Of a DNA stretch of 64,000 bases, positions 26,971-40,259 are shown in pieces. The notes under the pieces are model-generated. The model ran no database searches, was not told the origin of the DNA, and saw only the letters and a program-made list of their open reading frames with translations. The position numbers were made by a program, and so were the translations under genes. Every line of letters begins with the position of its first letter. Positions within the stretch are counted from its first letter, which is position 1. Source of the stretch: Chiloscyllium plagiosum (lineage: Eukaryota). Location: NCBI RefSeq assembly GCF_004010195.1, contig NC_057756.1, forward strand, positions 1,825,703 to 1,889,702. Direction: 5' to 3'.

Positions 26971-29900
26971 ACAGTTCCATATCATGGCATGATTTAAAAG
27001 AACGTACCAGGTTTCTTTAACACATTTTCTTGCAAGGATAAGATTTACTCTTCTGTGCCGGAAGAGTTGATAAGAAGAATTAAAATTTCCAGAGGTATGC
27101 GGCATTGTTGAAATTTGATGGTGAGAAATGAAGTCATATGCATTTCAGAAGGAGTATTTCCAGGAAAAGTGGTAATATGTGGAAGTCATCCTGAGGCCAT
27201 AAGTATTCCTTTATATAAAGTGAGGTTGGAGATTCTGGTGATAAATGGAGAATGGTAGTGGGAGGAGTCGAGAAACTCCTAGCTTCGGGAATATAGTCTG
27301 TCTTTTGTAATGATAAATCTGGGCTACGTGCTGCAAATTTGCAAATGATAAGACAATTGAAAATTTGGCAACAGAGATATTTCATGAAGTATATTCTCGT
27401 TTTTTTTTTCCCTGACTGTGTGGTAAAAAACTTACCAAGCCACAGTCTGAAGCAGGAGAAAAAAAATAAGGAATAACGATGTTGAAATTGTACTTCGTTC
27501 ACAACAGAGTATTGTTGATCAAATGCTTGACAAAAACAAATCGACAACTGGAAGGCAAAGAATTTAACTGAATAACCACATAAAGAGGGTTTACTTTAGT
27601 AGTAATATCTAAAAGTGTGCAACGAAAAATAATCTCAATGTTTTGCAGAATGTTATTATCTTAAAATGTCATTTTGATGAGAAATTGCAACCCATGACAT
27701 AATCGGACGAACGAGAAATAGGCAGACTCTCAACAAGTTGTTGTAGTGGTAGGTTATAGAAATGATAAATTCGATAAACGTAATTTATGAATCTGGAAAG
27801 CTCAAGTCAAAGTACAAAATCTGTTATCGGCCTTGATAGCATAAGAATGTGGTTGAATTTTGCTGGATATGTCATACATGTTAGGTAATTGGCATACCTC
27901 AGCAATTCATTAATCCAGCTGTCTGATTGCCCACTCCGAAATTTGGGGCACCTTTTAAAAGGGCCCTCATTAATTAGGTAGGACCTGTTCCTGAAACAGA
28001 AAAATTAGCCAGCAATATTTACTGACGAAATGTGACGCGTCTATTTGACTTCCAGAGGTTGTCATGCCATTATGCAATACCACAATTAAAAAAGTTGTTT
28101 AAGACTTACTCATTTTTCTCAGCCACGCGTTGACTACTCACCGGTTGCACGTAGATCAGCGCTCGTATTTAACATGACAGTTATTTAAGGAAGTTATGCA
28201 TAGTTTAGGAATGAATAAATAGAAATAATTGAATACCACCCAGAATCGCAGGGAGCATCAGAATATAACCATCATGTTGAGAGCTTATATTCAGCCCTAT
28301 CCAGATGATTGGGATAAACGTATTCCAGTTGTAAGTTTTACAATTAAGGATGCTCAAAATGAATCAACCAAGTTCTATCCATTCCAGATAAATTTTGGGC
28401 ATGAGGTGACAGGTTACATTAAATTAATTCATGAGTAGCTCTTGAGTCAGAATTCAGAATCTACACGCTTAGACTATGTGATGCAATTTAAGGAAAGTTT
28501 AAATAGAGTGGGTGATTTGGCTAGATCACATGCGATGAAATATTAGAAAGTTGCAAATTTATTACTGGAGATAACATGCTACTTCCAGAAGTTGGTGAAC
28601 CTCTTAAAACAAGATTCAGTGGGCTATATCAAATGGAAATGAAATTGAGTGAGTTAACTTAGATGATAGCAATTCCAGATACAAAGAAAATCTCACAGTC
28701 TATTCATGTGAATATGCTTAAAAGAGATTTTGAGAGAGAAGGAATCCAAAGGATAAAGTTTTATAATACAAAGTGCAGAACCAAGGTGAGATGAAGCTAA
28801 ATTGGAGATTTGAAAAATTAAATTGGACAATGAGGACATTGTCAAAAAAAAAAGATAAATTATTTAGTTAACTTCCAGAGAAAAATCAACCCGACCTGAT
28901 AGATTTCTTATAATCACCTGGCGAGATACATCAGAATACGTTGGGAAGCACAAATTTCACTATGCATGAGAAAGAGAGAGAGAAAGGAAAGTACTGTAAC
29001 AATTAAGTAATATCCTTGTTGACTTAACGCTATCTATTTGGCATAGGTTCAAACAGAGATTTAACAGATGCTAATCGACACAGTTACAATGAGTTGTGCT
29101 CCATACAACACAGGGGTGCCAAAACCAGTTGTTGGCCAACGATTGTGTGTGGACTATCGCAAAGTCAATGCGATTACACTGTCTTATTTATATCCTCTTC
29201 ATGCTTGGAAGATTCTAAGGAGAATTTGGCATAAGAAACTTATATTTCTATGTTGATCTACTCAGAGGATAAATGCAAGTTTCGTTTTTCCAAAAGACAA
29301 AGGCATTTCTACTGTCCTGACCCTGATACAAGTATAGCATTTAAAATCAATCCATTTCGTTTGAAAATATGTCATTCTCATTTCCAAACTAACCAATGCA
29401 GTCATTGTTGTACAACGTAATTGTGTGGTGTACATGGAAGGAACATTTGTGGCACCAATCGTGATTGTTTGACTAACGTAAGTAGGCGGGCTTGTTGCCA
29501 ATCTGCTTAATAGTGAGTTCGCACAAGTCCAAGTCACATTCCTGGATCATTGTATTGGAACTGGACAGAAGGTCTTATGGGATGTGAAAGCATACTATCA
29601 ATGTAAAGATCAGTACAAAGATTGCTGGGATCGACTTTTTTATTGAAAGTTTGGACGAATATTTAATAGCACGGTTGCTTCACTAACTAAATTATTGAAG
29701 ATGTGTAGAAAATCTCATTATATAGCGGACTGTTGGAAGTCACGTGACAGCCTGAAAGCTGTGTTAACAAATGTTGCAGAGTTAGCCACACTTCATTACG
29801 CAAAACCATGCAAAATCATCAAGATTGCTCCAAATGCGAGTGATGTGCATGCCAGTGGTGTAATCCTACAAGAAGACGATGAGAAGATACAAAGAACTAT

Positions 29901-30880
29901 TGAGTACATATCTCCCGAGAATATTGCATGATCATTAATAGGAGCTTCCACAGTCGAGAAGGAAACCTTGGCCTTGCTGTGGGCATTGGAACTTTTCAAC
30001 ATTTCCATTGACAATAATGTGTCTGAGACAATCGTATAGAGCAATAACAAGCCCAAAAAGGCTTTGGAGGAATGTAAGGATAACATTTCGGATTGCTTAA
30101 TTGGAGCTTACTATTGAATTTGAGGGTTCTATGCGTATCGTGACGAGATAACACATTTGTTGATACATCTTTGTGACTTTGATGAAGAAAGATGGAGGCG
30201 TTCGATGGCAGAAATAAATGAATGGAAATACAATGCAGTAGTAAATGTTCACATATTTAGAGCCAATGTTATGCATGTTTATTGTGCGTTACAAAGAAGG
30301 CAAGACCGGTGTTTAAAAATGAAACCGTGCTTATATGTCGACGGTGATTGTTTGTAAGCGTGAAGATATGAAGATGCTGTGCCTTTAAATGCGTATTTTG
30401 CCCTGGTAGTTTTTGAAGAGAGACAAAGAAGTGAAAGCGACGAGTAGTCAGTGGCACCATATAGCTCGTAAATCAGCTTTTCTTGAAGGTGGAACAATCA
30501 TAGTCACCTGGCCGGTTAGCATCTGGTGCTTATCTTCCTACTGTTGGCATTGCACGTGACAAAGTCTGATTTCTGAATTATTGTTTTTGACAAAGGGATG
30601 AGTTATGGGGTGTTTCAAATTTGGAACAGATAATTTGTAATAGTTACTGTATCCATTATTCTGTGGAGACTTCCAAGAGAGTTGGTTCTTCTTTCTTATT
30701 CTTGTTTTTAACTATATTTTTCCAATAAATCATAACTTGCCTGACGCCAAGTAGTTTGATCAGTTGAAGCACCACTGAAACACAATGCTTTATCTTGCAA
30801 ATAGCATAAGAAAAAAGACATTCAGGTATAACCTACGTTCTTGAAATATTTTTTGAGGGGGTCTGGTCTGGTCCATAACT
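26970..30880 (+). mobile_element. Decayed Gmr1-like Gypsy pol (INT-RT-RNase H order) with 3' LTR ~30369-30880
   Basis: INT: EFCWICHTC, VGPVP, YHPESQG (27840-28260); RT: RLCVDYRKVNAIT (~29140); RNase H: STVEKETLALLWALELF (~29950); LTR end GGTCCATAAC. Confidence 0.85.
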
Positions 30881-32649
30881 GCACCCAACTGAATATCCTA
30901 GTGAATTTAGGATTCCACCGCTGGCCCAAGGCAAGAAAAAAATAAAGACTTTGCCTCTCTGAAATGTAATTAGTAAACTGTGAATGAGTAAATACTAAAT
31001 GGTAAGAACTAAAGGAAAAGGGAAAAGGAAATACCACTACATTCATTCATAATATTATGAATGGAATTCCATGCTCATTATAAAGCATGCTATTTAATGA
31101 ATGCAATAAGGGATATTTATTGAACAGAGATTAGGGGTTCACAATACAGTAATCTTAGCCAATATGCATATGTAGAAATGTCATGTATTTTGTCAGGGAG
31201 GATTAATCGAGAAAACTAGGAAATTAAACTGCAGTATTTCAATTGTAACAACACAAAAACTACTCCTTGTATCCTACTGAATAAATGCCAATATTTGGAG
31301 GTCAGAGCGAATGCTTTCTAAAGATATTAATATATGAAAGCAAAACATAATTTATCTGATATTTCGACCAATTCTAAGAGAGTTGGTTCTCTTGCATTTA
31401 GTAACACTTGCATCTTAATATCAGCAATCCAAATTTCCGTATGTGAATGTATCCTAGACCAATCAAGTATTAGTTATAATCAGCTGTTACCAGTATGTAA
31501 AACAGAGCATAAAAGAAAGGACAATGAATCTCCCATTGCACAAAGAAATGAAGAGCAATCTGTGCTTGGATATGAAACTGCAAGTCATTAGCTATTGTGG
31601 ATGTAAACTTGAAATTAAGACATTCTTAAGACAACTTTTTGTACAAGCAAGTCGTTATATAGACAATGGGATGCAAACTTGCAAAAAGGCAGCGGCAGAC
31701 AACGAATTGTCAAGATGAAATCACTGACGAGAATATTACAATTTGATCACTGCACACAAACGCCGCTGATGAGAGGCGTTTGTTGTTAATTGCAAAGTCT
31801 ATATGCTAATATAAAAACGGACTTACAGGCATCACCATCTAGTTACATTATTTGGAGATTTGTAAAAGATTCGGTACAGTAAATGTTTGCAGGCTGATTC
31901 AACATAAGGGAGAACCTTGGACTCAAAATTAAGGAGCACCAATAATAGTTTGCAATCAGGAGCAATTTCTACTATGAAAGGGAGGTGAGTCTCTGGAACA
32001 GCTTGCCATGGAGTGCATTGCACTCACATTCCTTTGTATATTTAACACTCAAATAGGATGTTTTTGTACGAGAGGTAACCAGAAGTCAAGAGGAACAGAG
32101 TTAAGTGGACGTGAGGAGTGTCTTGATACTATTATGTGTCGAGCATTCTAGAGAGGCTGACCACTCAATAATGTTCATATCTCTTTTTGTCATTTTTATA
32201 TTAAGTTAGACTGTGTTAGTTTAATTAATGTTTCTTAAAGGACAAGAAAACTGAAAGAAAGAAAACCGAAAACTTTCAGTCAGTTAAATGATAATAGAAG
32301 GCTTCAGGGCATTACATCATCCATTGTACCTCAAAGGCCATTGATGATCGAAAAGATAAACAGAACTCTTTCACCGGAAATGAGGGGAGAAAAGGAAAGA
32401 TTTAGATGTCAATGTAATGAGATTCCTTACATAACCAGAATTTGGACATTTCTAGTGAAAACAGAATTGCATACAACGTTATGTTTAGTGAATCCGTTTG
32501 AATTTTCTGCACCAGTAGCACAAAAAGTAAGAAGCATATATGGATTTGGGTCTTAGTATTAAGTTTGCAAAACAAATCTATTAATGTCGTTCAGAAAATG
32601 TTAAACGACCTGGGCACACAGCACTTATTTCATTTTGCTGGCCATTTTG

Positions 32650-32942
32650 TTGGCGGCACGGTGGCACATTGGTAAGCACTGCTGCCTCACAGTGCCAGAT
32701 CCCGCCTCAGGCGACTGACTGTGTGGAGCCTGCACATTCTCCCCGTGTCTGTGTGGGTTTCCTGCGGGTGCTCCAGTTTCCTTCCACAGTCCAAAAATGT
32801 ACAGGTTAGGTGAATTGGCCACGCTACATTGCCCATAGTGTTAGATGTAGGGGAATGGATATGGGTGGGTGCACTTCGGCGGGTCGGTGTGGACTTGTTG
32901 GGTTGAAGGGCCTGTGTCCACACTGTAATTAATCTAATCTAA
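32650..32942 (+). mobile_element. HE1-type SINE with the B-box region deleted
   Basis: A-box TGGCACATTGG, conserved central domain, AATCT tail. Confidence 0.9.
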
Positions 32943-33049
32943 CATGATGAAGATCAACATTGTGAAATCGAAGTATTTGCTGAGACCAAAATTATATTAG
33001 TAGAATAAAGGTTGATTTCAGATGAATTTGCACTGCAGTTTAGCAATTA

Positions 33050-33340
33050 AAACGAGGACTTAGGTTTAGGGTGAGAGGGAAAGATTTAGGAAGGACATAA
33101 GTGTCAACATTTTCACTCAGATTGTGGTGCGTGTATGGAATAGACGAGCAGAGGAAATGTTGGAGGTAAGTGCAGTCACAGCATTTAAAAGGCATACGGA
33201 CGTATGTATGATCAGGAAGAGCTCAGAGGGATATTGGCCAAATGCTAGCAAGTGAGACGAGATTACGTTTGGATATCTGGTTGGCATGGACGAGTTGGAC
33301 AAAGTATTAGAGAAAAAAAACCTGCACATGCTGTAATCAA
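33050..33340 (+). mobile_element. CR1 3' end
   Basis: TTCACTCAGA..TGGAAT CR1 terminal motif. Confidence 0.8.
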
Positions 33341-36169
33341 AAGCAGACAAACAGGACGTTGTAAAGATGCACCAAGCCAGGCAGCATCAGAAGGTGGATA
33401 AGTCAACGTTTTGTGTATAACCCTACTTCAGTCTTGAAAGTCGAGTTTTATGAATACATACATATTAGTTGCTTTAAAAAAAAATTGCTTGCATTGATTT
33501 AAGGTGGTATGTGAGAAACTCATGTTGCCTAGCAGTTATTACACGTCCTTATTTGTCCCTGAGAAAAAGAGAGTGAGTTGTCTTCTTGTGCTACCGCAGA
33601 CCACATTGGTGTCTTGACACACAATGGCCTTCGATTATGTATTACAGGAAAGCTACCTGAAAACTTCATATTTTCAAGTCGCGATGTTGAATAACTTGCA
33701 GAGGACCTACCAAGTAGCCTCGTACATGCTGTCACTTTCTTCTCTCATAAACAGACACTGACCGTTTGTCATGCTGTGCAAAGTTTCAAAACATTTTCAA
33801 TTTGAGGAAACCACACATTTCATAAAATTAGTTGAGCAGATTGTTTTTTCTGCCGATAATGAAACTTCGGTTGTTACACTCATCTTGTTGAAGAATAGAA
33901 GGGATATTCCAGAGAATCAATGAAGAGGAGCTAAGTTGTGAAAAAGTCCCAGATGAACAATTCTTCTTCTGCTTGGTAAATGAATAACTTTGGTTCATAG
34001 TGCCATGTGCACAAGCTTTTTTTATTAGCAGGAATGGCCATTGGAAGAAGGATGGGTGGAAGTGTAATAGTATATTTTAAATGAATAGATCCCCATTAAT
34101 CTGGCACATTTGAGGCAAAAGATGAAGTGCTGTTAGATATTTCAGTTTTTTTTTGTTGGAACAGTATATTTGCCTGTCAGTTCATGCATACATGGTGGAG
34201 GGGGTGCAGGAAACTGTTCTGGTCCCGATCAACTCACGTTTTTTTTTGTTTAAATTCCTGTAGTTCGAGATCAGAGCATTAAGAATGAGATGCGAGTGCG
34301 GGATATTAAAACAATATGTGCAATGCATAAATATGACGCTGAATGCCATTTACAATGTAATGCAGTATTGCAAAGACACATGGTTTTCTTAAAATACGTT
34401 TTCTTCAGGAAATTTACATTGAACTATTAGTTCTACAACCAATAAGCATGTTGTCGATTATAAAAATTGAAATTTTTAATTCAGGTTTAGCGAATCTTAA
34501 TCATATGTTCCTTCATGGCTGGCTCTTGACGAGGATGGTGAAAGAATAAAAGTAATGTCATAATAGAACAGCAATCGCCGAATGTCATTGCACGTAATTG
34601 TTTTCCTTTTTCTATTTATATCATGCAATACTATTTCCTGTAATGATCATCTGTCGTGATTCTCCTATCCTAAATGATGATGGTTGAAATATTGTTTGTA
34701 ATTGATCATCTTATTTGCTGCTTCATTTGTATGGAATAAAGCCATTTCTCTTCAGAACACTTGGGGGAGAAAAAAAGTCTTGCAGCTTTAATGCTTTGAA
34801 CACATTCGCTGTGTATTCCACTGATTATGCAATCGCTGTCAATCAGATCAATTAGTTTATATTGCTTGTTTTCCGTCTTCAAAACGAAGCATTCACGTTT
34901 CTATCCAAGTATGTGGACTAAATTTCACGTCCCATTACATGTTTGGATACATACAGCACGTATTTTGTTATGATGAAAAGTTTTGTCTGGCTAAAATTCT
35001 ATCGAGTGTTGCTACCAATTTCAGATTTTCAAATTGTCATCTACAGGCAGGCGCATGCTGAAACTGTAGCTCGAAATATTCCAGAGATTGAAACGAATTT
35101 CTTTGGAGAGGAGAAGTCGTATTGGAGACTTGATGCAAGTTATCCATCATGATCTGAACGTGGTGTGTTGCAATAAGTTTTTATCATTTATAAATCCATG
35201 AAAATCGTGCTGAAATGCAGGTCCATTGACAACTACTAATATGTTTCAAACTGTAACATTGTTATAATTTGTCTAACTTCTCTGAAATTGAAGATAATCT
35301 CTCACCTGCGTCTCTGAGCAGTTCTCTCAATGTCTCCAGTTCTGGCATGGAATAAAATTGTCTTATTTATTTGTGAATGGGAATATAAATTTCATCTCAA
35401 TCAAGGTTTAGCTTGTTACATAGAACTAAAATATTTTAAATTGACTGGTAGCAGAAAGAATCAAGTCTGACTGTGCATTTATAATTGCAGCTCTGTTTTG
35501 AAACACAATCACTACATGTCTTTCGTTTGCACTTGCTTCTAGTGTTCATGACATTTTGTTTGTCTCCACAATTATAAATCCTGATGCTGAGACATATGTG
35601 GGCACGTGACGTAGTGGGCATTGCACAAAGGTGTAATTAAAAATACTCAAATGGATAATTTCAAGAATAAGTGCTCAGAAAACCTTTTAGTCTGTCTTTT
35701 CGTTTCGTGATTCGAATCCAATTCTAATTACATTAGTAGATTTAAATATTCATAAATCATCAGAAGATTATCAGCACAACAAATCGTCTTGTTTACACGG
35801 TTCCATCGCAGAAAGTAACTACTTAATCATGTTGGATTGACCTCGAATGATTCATTGCATTATACAATAATGCTGTACTATTAAAGGGACTGGTTCCCTC
35901 AGTTGGTTGGTCAGCTTATTTGCAGTGTCGACAAATTACAATATCATAGAGTTTTCTAGCAATAACTTATGTCAGCATGAATGCTTCGACTTCTCACTCT
36001 CGCTTTGTTCCTAATGACTGCAGGTTATAGTGATTGTGTAGTGACTGCAGTTTAAACAACCACCAGTTCTCCCACTGTAATGAAGCAAACACTGCTTTGA
36101 GGAATAATTGGATATGTGGAGAAAGGGCATTAAATAATATTCATATGCATAAGGTAGACACTTTTGGTA

Positions 36170-37210
36170 AGGTCCAGGACGAAATAGAACTTGTAGTGCA
36201 GGTTCACAGATTCTTGAAATTGGAGTCACATGTAGATAGGGTAGTGAAGAAGATATTTGATGCACTGTCCTTCATTTGTTGAGCATTGAGTTTATGAGTG
36301 AGAAGGTCAGGTTGTGCATGTACCAGATTTTCTTTTGCCCACCATTGGAATACGATGTGCAATTATGGTCTCCGTGTAATAGGAAGGCCGTTGTGAAACT
36401 TGAAATGGCTCAGAAAATATTTACATGAATGTTGCTAGGGTGGGAGTTTTCGAACTATAAAGAGGTGCTCAATAGGCCGGGTCTATTTTTTGCTGGGTCA
36501 TCAGCAGTTGAAGGATCAAGTTATGGACATATGTACAATAATGAGAGAAATAGTGTAAATAGAGAAGTTTTTTTAATCTGTGGTAATGGTCTCCAAAACA
36601 AGAGGGCATAGGCTTATGGCTAACAACATAAGATTGAAAACGGAACTAAAGGGCAACATTTTCACACAGTACATGTTTTTTAGATTAGATTAGATTACAG
36701 GGTGGAAACAGGCCCTTCGGCCCAACAAGTCCACACCGACCCGCCGAAGCGAAACCCACCCATACCCCTACATTTACCCCTTATCTAACACTACGGGCAA
36801 TTTAGTATGGCCAATTCACCTGACCCTGCACATCTTTGGACTGTGGGAGGAAACCGGAGCACCCGGAGGAAACCCACGCAGACACGGGGAGAACGTGCAA
36901 ACTCCACACAGTCAGTCGCCTGAGTCGGGAATTGAACCCGGGTCTCTGGCGCTGCGAGGCAGCAGTGCTAACCACTGTGCCACCGTGCCACCCACTAATG
37001 TGTGCCGCCCACGCATGTTGTGTGTTTGGAATGAGTTGCCAGAGGAAATGGTAGTGGTTGGTAAAATTGCAACATTTAAACGATTTCGGAATATGTATAT
37101 GAATAAGAACAGTGGAGATGTTTGTGGACCAAATACTGGCAAATGGGACGAACTGGACGAGTTGGCTTGACAGGTCTGTTTCCTTGCTGTAGATCTCTAT
37201 GCATCAATGA
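36170..37210 (+). mobile_element. CR1 3' fragment, interrupted by a SINE
   Basis: PLEYDVQLWSP remnant and CR1 3' UTR. Confidence 0.8.
36677..36995 (-). mobile_element. Full-length HE1-type tRNA-derived SINE
   Basis: A-box TGGCACAGTGG, B-box GGTTCAATTCC and (AATCT)n tail on the - strand. Confidence 0.95.
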
Positions 37211-37379
37211 CTCTATTATCAATTGGATTTTGTGCCAGGTTGCACGCAGAAAATGCATTCATATGGATCCAAAATTGGGGTAAGTAGCAACCAATTGTAA
37301 TGTTGAGTTTAGACATTAAACACAAAAGAAAGGCAGGAAGAAACTAGAGCAGAATATTTTCTTGTGGAGTCGAAGGTTT

Positions 37380-38078
37380 TTACTATGACATCAAGGGGGA
37401 GTGTAAGTTCAAAAGCTGGCAAGCATCTGGCATGTGACTGAGTGCAGGCACTAGAGTGTACTGGACAAATGTAACATTTCACTTGGAACTCAGGTAATGA
37501 GTTGATTTCTCAACCTTACGTATTATGCCTCAAGATTCAAAAATCCAATCAAATACTAATTGTACTATTTTGACAACAGAAACCAATTGAGAAAATCTTA
37601 AGTTTTGCTTTAGTAAAGTAGACATTTTGAACAGTTAGCTGGAGACAAGGAATACCTACTGCCATCTATAGCTACCGAAAGACTCTCTCTCTAAAAAGTA
37701 ACTTTTTCACATGGAGCATCTTTGCAGCAGAAGACAGAAGACAACACGGGGGAAATCTACAGACAGAGGAAGTTTGGCACACGAAGACGACAACTGCATT
37801 AAAAAATGCTTTTCTGGAAATTTATAGGGGCTTTACCGAATCAGTATATTGCTACAGAGTGGAAGGTAGATAAACGGTTAAAAAATGAGAGACTTATAGT
37901 TGTAAATAGTTCTTGTTCAATGTTCTCTTTTGAAGTTTAATAATGAATTGTTTTTTATTTTTAAATAGTGGAATTTAGTTAGCAGTCTATCATTCATACT
38001 TTAACAGATTATGAGGTGCTGTGAGCTTTTCTGTGTGTTTGGATCAAATTTGTAGAAGGGCTAACTCCATGTCATAAC
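37380..38078 (+). mobile_element. Probable solo LTR
   Basis: Inverted termini TATGACA...TGTCATAACA; absent from the duplicate segment at ~49800. Confidence 0.55.
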
Positions 38079-40259
38079 AATTTCAAATATGCAAATTGTA
38101 CTCAATTCCACGGTTCTTTCAGGAATGCAAATATATTTCATAACTGAACAATAATCAGAACATGCCAAGTCTGACTTTGGATGATAATATATCAGTATCG
38201 AATATATAACAGGGCAACATAGTAGTCAACAACTTTAATTTCGGCTCATTCACATCCGTTGAAGAGGAGCTGATGTACTAAATCAAGAGCTATTCACGTT
38301 TACAGTTGTCATATTGCCTGAGTAGGAACAGAAAAATACCAATATTTTACCTAAGTCTTTTTTATTGAGTTTATCGTCTGCAACCAAAAAAACACAAAAA
38401 TGCTTTTTTGACATGAGACACAGCAATAAACTTCAGATGGAAAGTATTGTGTCTGGCCTAAAATAGTTTCGACCATGAACGGCGTTATAAACATGAGTTT
38501 CTCCATTTATGGATACACTGACAGAATCAATTGCAGATTTCTGTTTTTATTTTGCACATTCAAAATTTGCTCCGCCCTCTTGCAGCCTATAGAAAAGCCC
38601 AAAGACCTGCTTGTATTATGATCAAGATTGAGATTTCAGCAGTTAGAAACAATTATTGTCATGGCATAAAGAAGTATACATTACAAACTCATCCTTTCCA
38701 CTAATTTTGTCAGTAGAATAAAATATTATATTTTTACATAATCAAAATTACAATAACATCATTGTGTTTGATCAGATCAACAGTTATCACAGCCCAAACC
38801 TGAGCCATTATCCCACAACACCGGTCCAAACAAATGCTAGACATTATTACTTTAAGCGTGATGGTTTTTGGTCAAGATTAATAGCATACGAATGATAGAA
38901 TTTTCTGCCTCCCACCAGCACTATTCCTCAGCCCACATAACTCTACACATTCCTTGCACTTATGTAATAACCCCAGACTCTTGTCAATATTTCTTGAATA
39001 ACAATCCACCACACTTCGAAGAGGTGCATTCCATTCCCTTGACCTTGCATTACTACCTTATTGATGTTAACACCTGTCAGGGATCCTCTTGACCTTCGCC
39101 TCTTCAAGGAATTTAGTTACATGTTTTGACATATTTTATTTGAAAATTGGGCTTGTGAATACAGGTATCAATTTGAAGTTCTTAGTCTGACAATATGACG
39201 ATGCTGCTCCATTGAAAAGTTTACGTTGCCTTTGTTTTTTTCGGCAAAAATCGGATGTAGAAGGCAAACTTTCCATTTTATATTGGATTAGGCCACTTTG
39301 CTTGTGAAATTAGATACTACCGCAGGTAACAATCAGTTGTGCAACGAAACGTGAGTGGCCAGTTCTCCCACATTACTTATGGTTTGGTTTAGTTTTACCT
39401 GGGGAAAGAGCTGCAGTGGAGGGAGAGTCTATGCATCAGCAAATGTTCCCAGGATTTTCCTCTCTCTGTCTGACGTTTCTCCTGTAAGGAGCTTTATTTT
39501 AATTGACATTTTGTTTTCTGCCAAGGGGTGTGTGTTTATGGGATGTTGCCAAAAATTGGAACAATTCTTTATAAATTTACGGGGATGCGGGGTGGGGGCG
39601 GTGTATCAAATCATTGCTATTTTAAAGTGAATTTTGCTTTCTTTGCGTTCCTTCAGTGGTGATTAAATCAAATCTATTTTGCTTGAAGCCAAGTATGTTG
39701 ACCAGCTGCATCATTTCTATGATATCCACTTTATATCTGCCTGAAACAAAGATCAAAACTGGGATCTGTGCTACCTTTTAAACTGTTTTGTGGAGTCTTG
39801 TGAGATCCATAACAGATTTGGTATACTTGCAGGATTTATCTGATATTTCCAATATGACATTAGCGTTGCGAAACTCAGAGGCAGCGAATAGTATGTGCTA
39901 GTGTTTGTTGTTTCTGGTATTGCATTCATATGTTCATTCAGTCACTAAGAGTTTTCTGGGGGTGGGAGAAGTCAATTTGGATGTTTTACAAAAAGGTAAA
40001 TATGGAAAATCTGCTGTAATTGGCAAACTACTTGCAGTTGAAATTGCCTGTGTCCCTCTAAAAGACATAATGTGGTTATTAGAGCAATAGATCAGTATAG
40101 TATTTAAATTTAGCTGGAAACACAATCATAATCTATGGACATGGATAAACGTCATTTGAAAATGCAGTAGCTTGAGTTAGATGCAAAAGAAAAAAAAGAA
40201 ATGAAATGAAACTGTTTGAATTACGATTATAAGCTGAAGAAATATCATTTTGATTGAAT

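Larger units (their letters stand above)
35850..38700 (+). repeat. Segmental duplication copy A (partner 48640-50760)
   Basis: Collinear shared blocks such as GGCTCATTCA..GTTGAAGAGGAGCTGA and CCAATATTTTACCTAAGTCTTT. Confidence 0.85.

Noticed and set aside
31755..31783. Small hairpin containing CTGATGAG
   Set aside because: No stem II or GAAA element, so not a hammerhead
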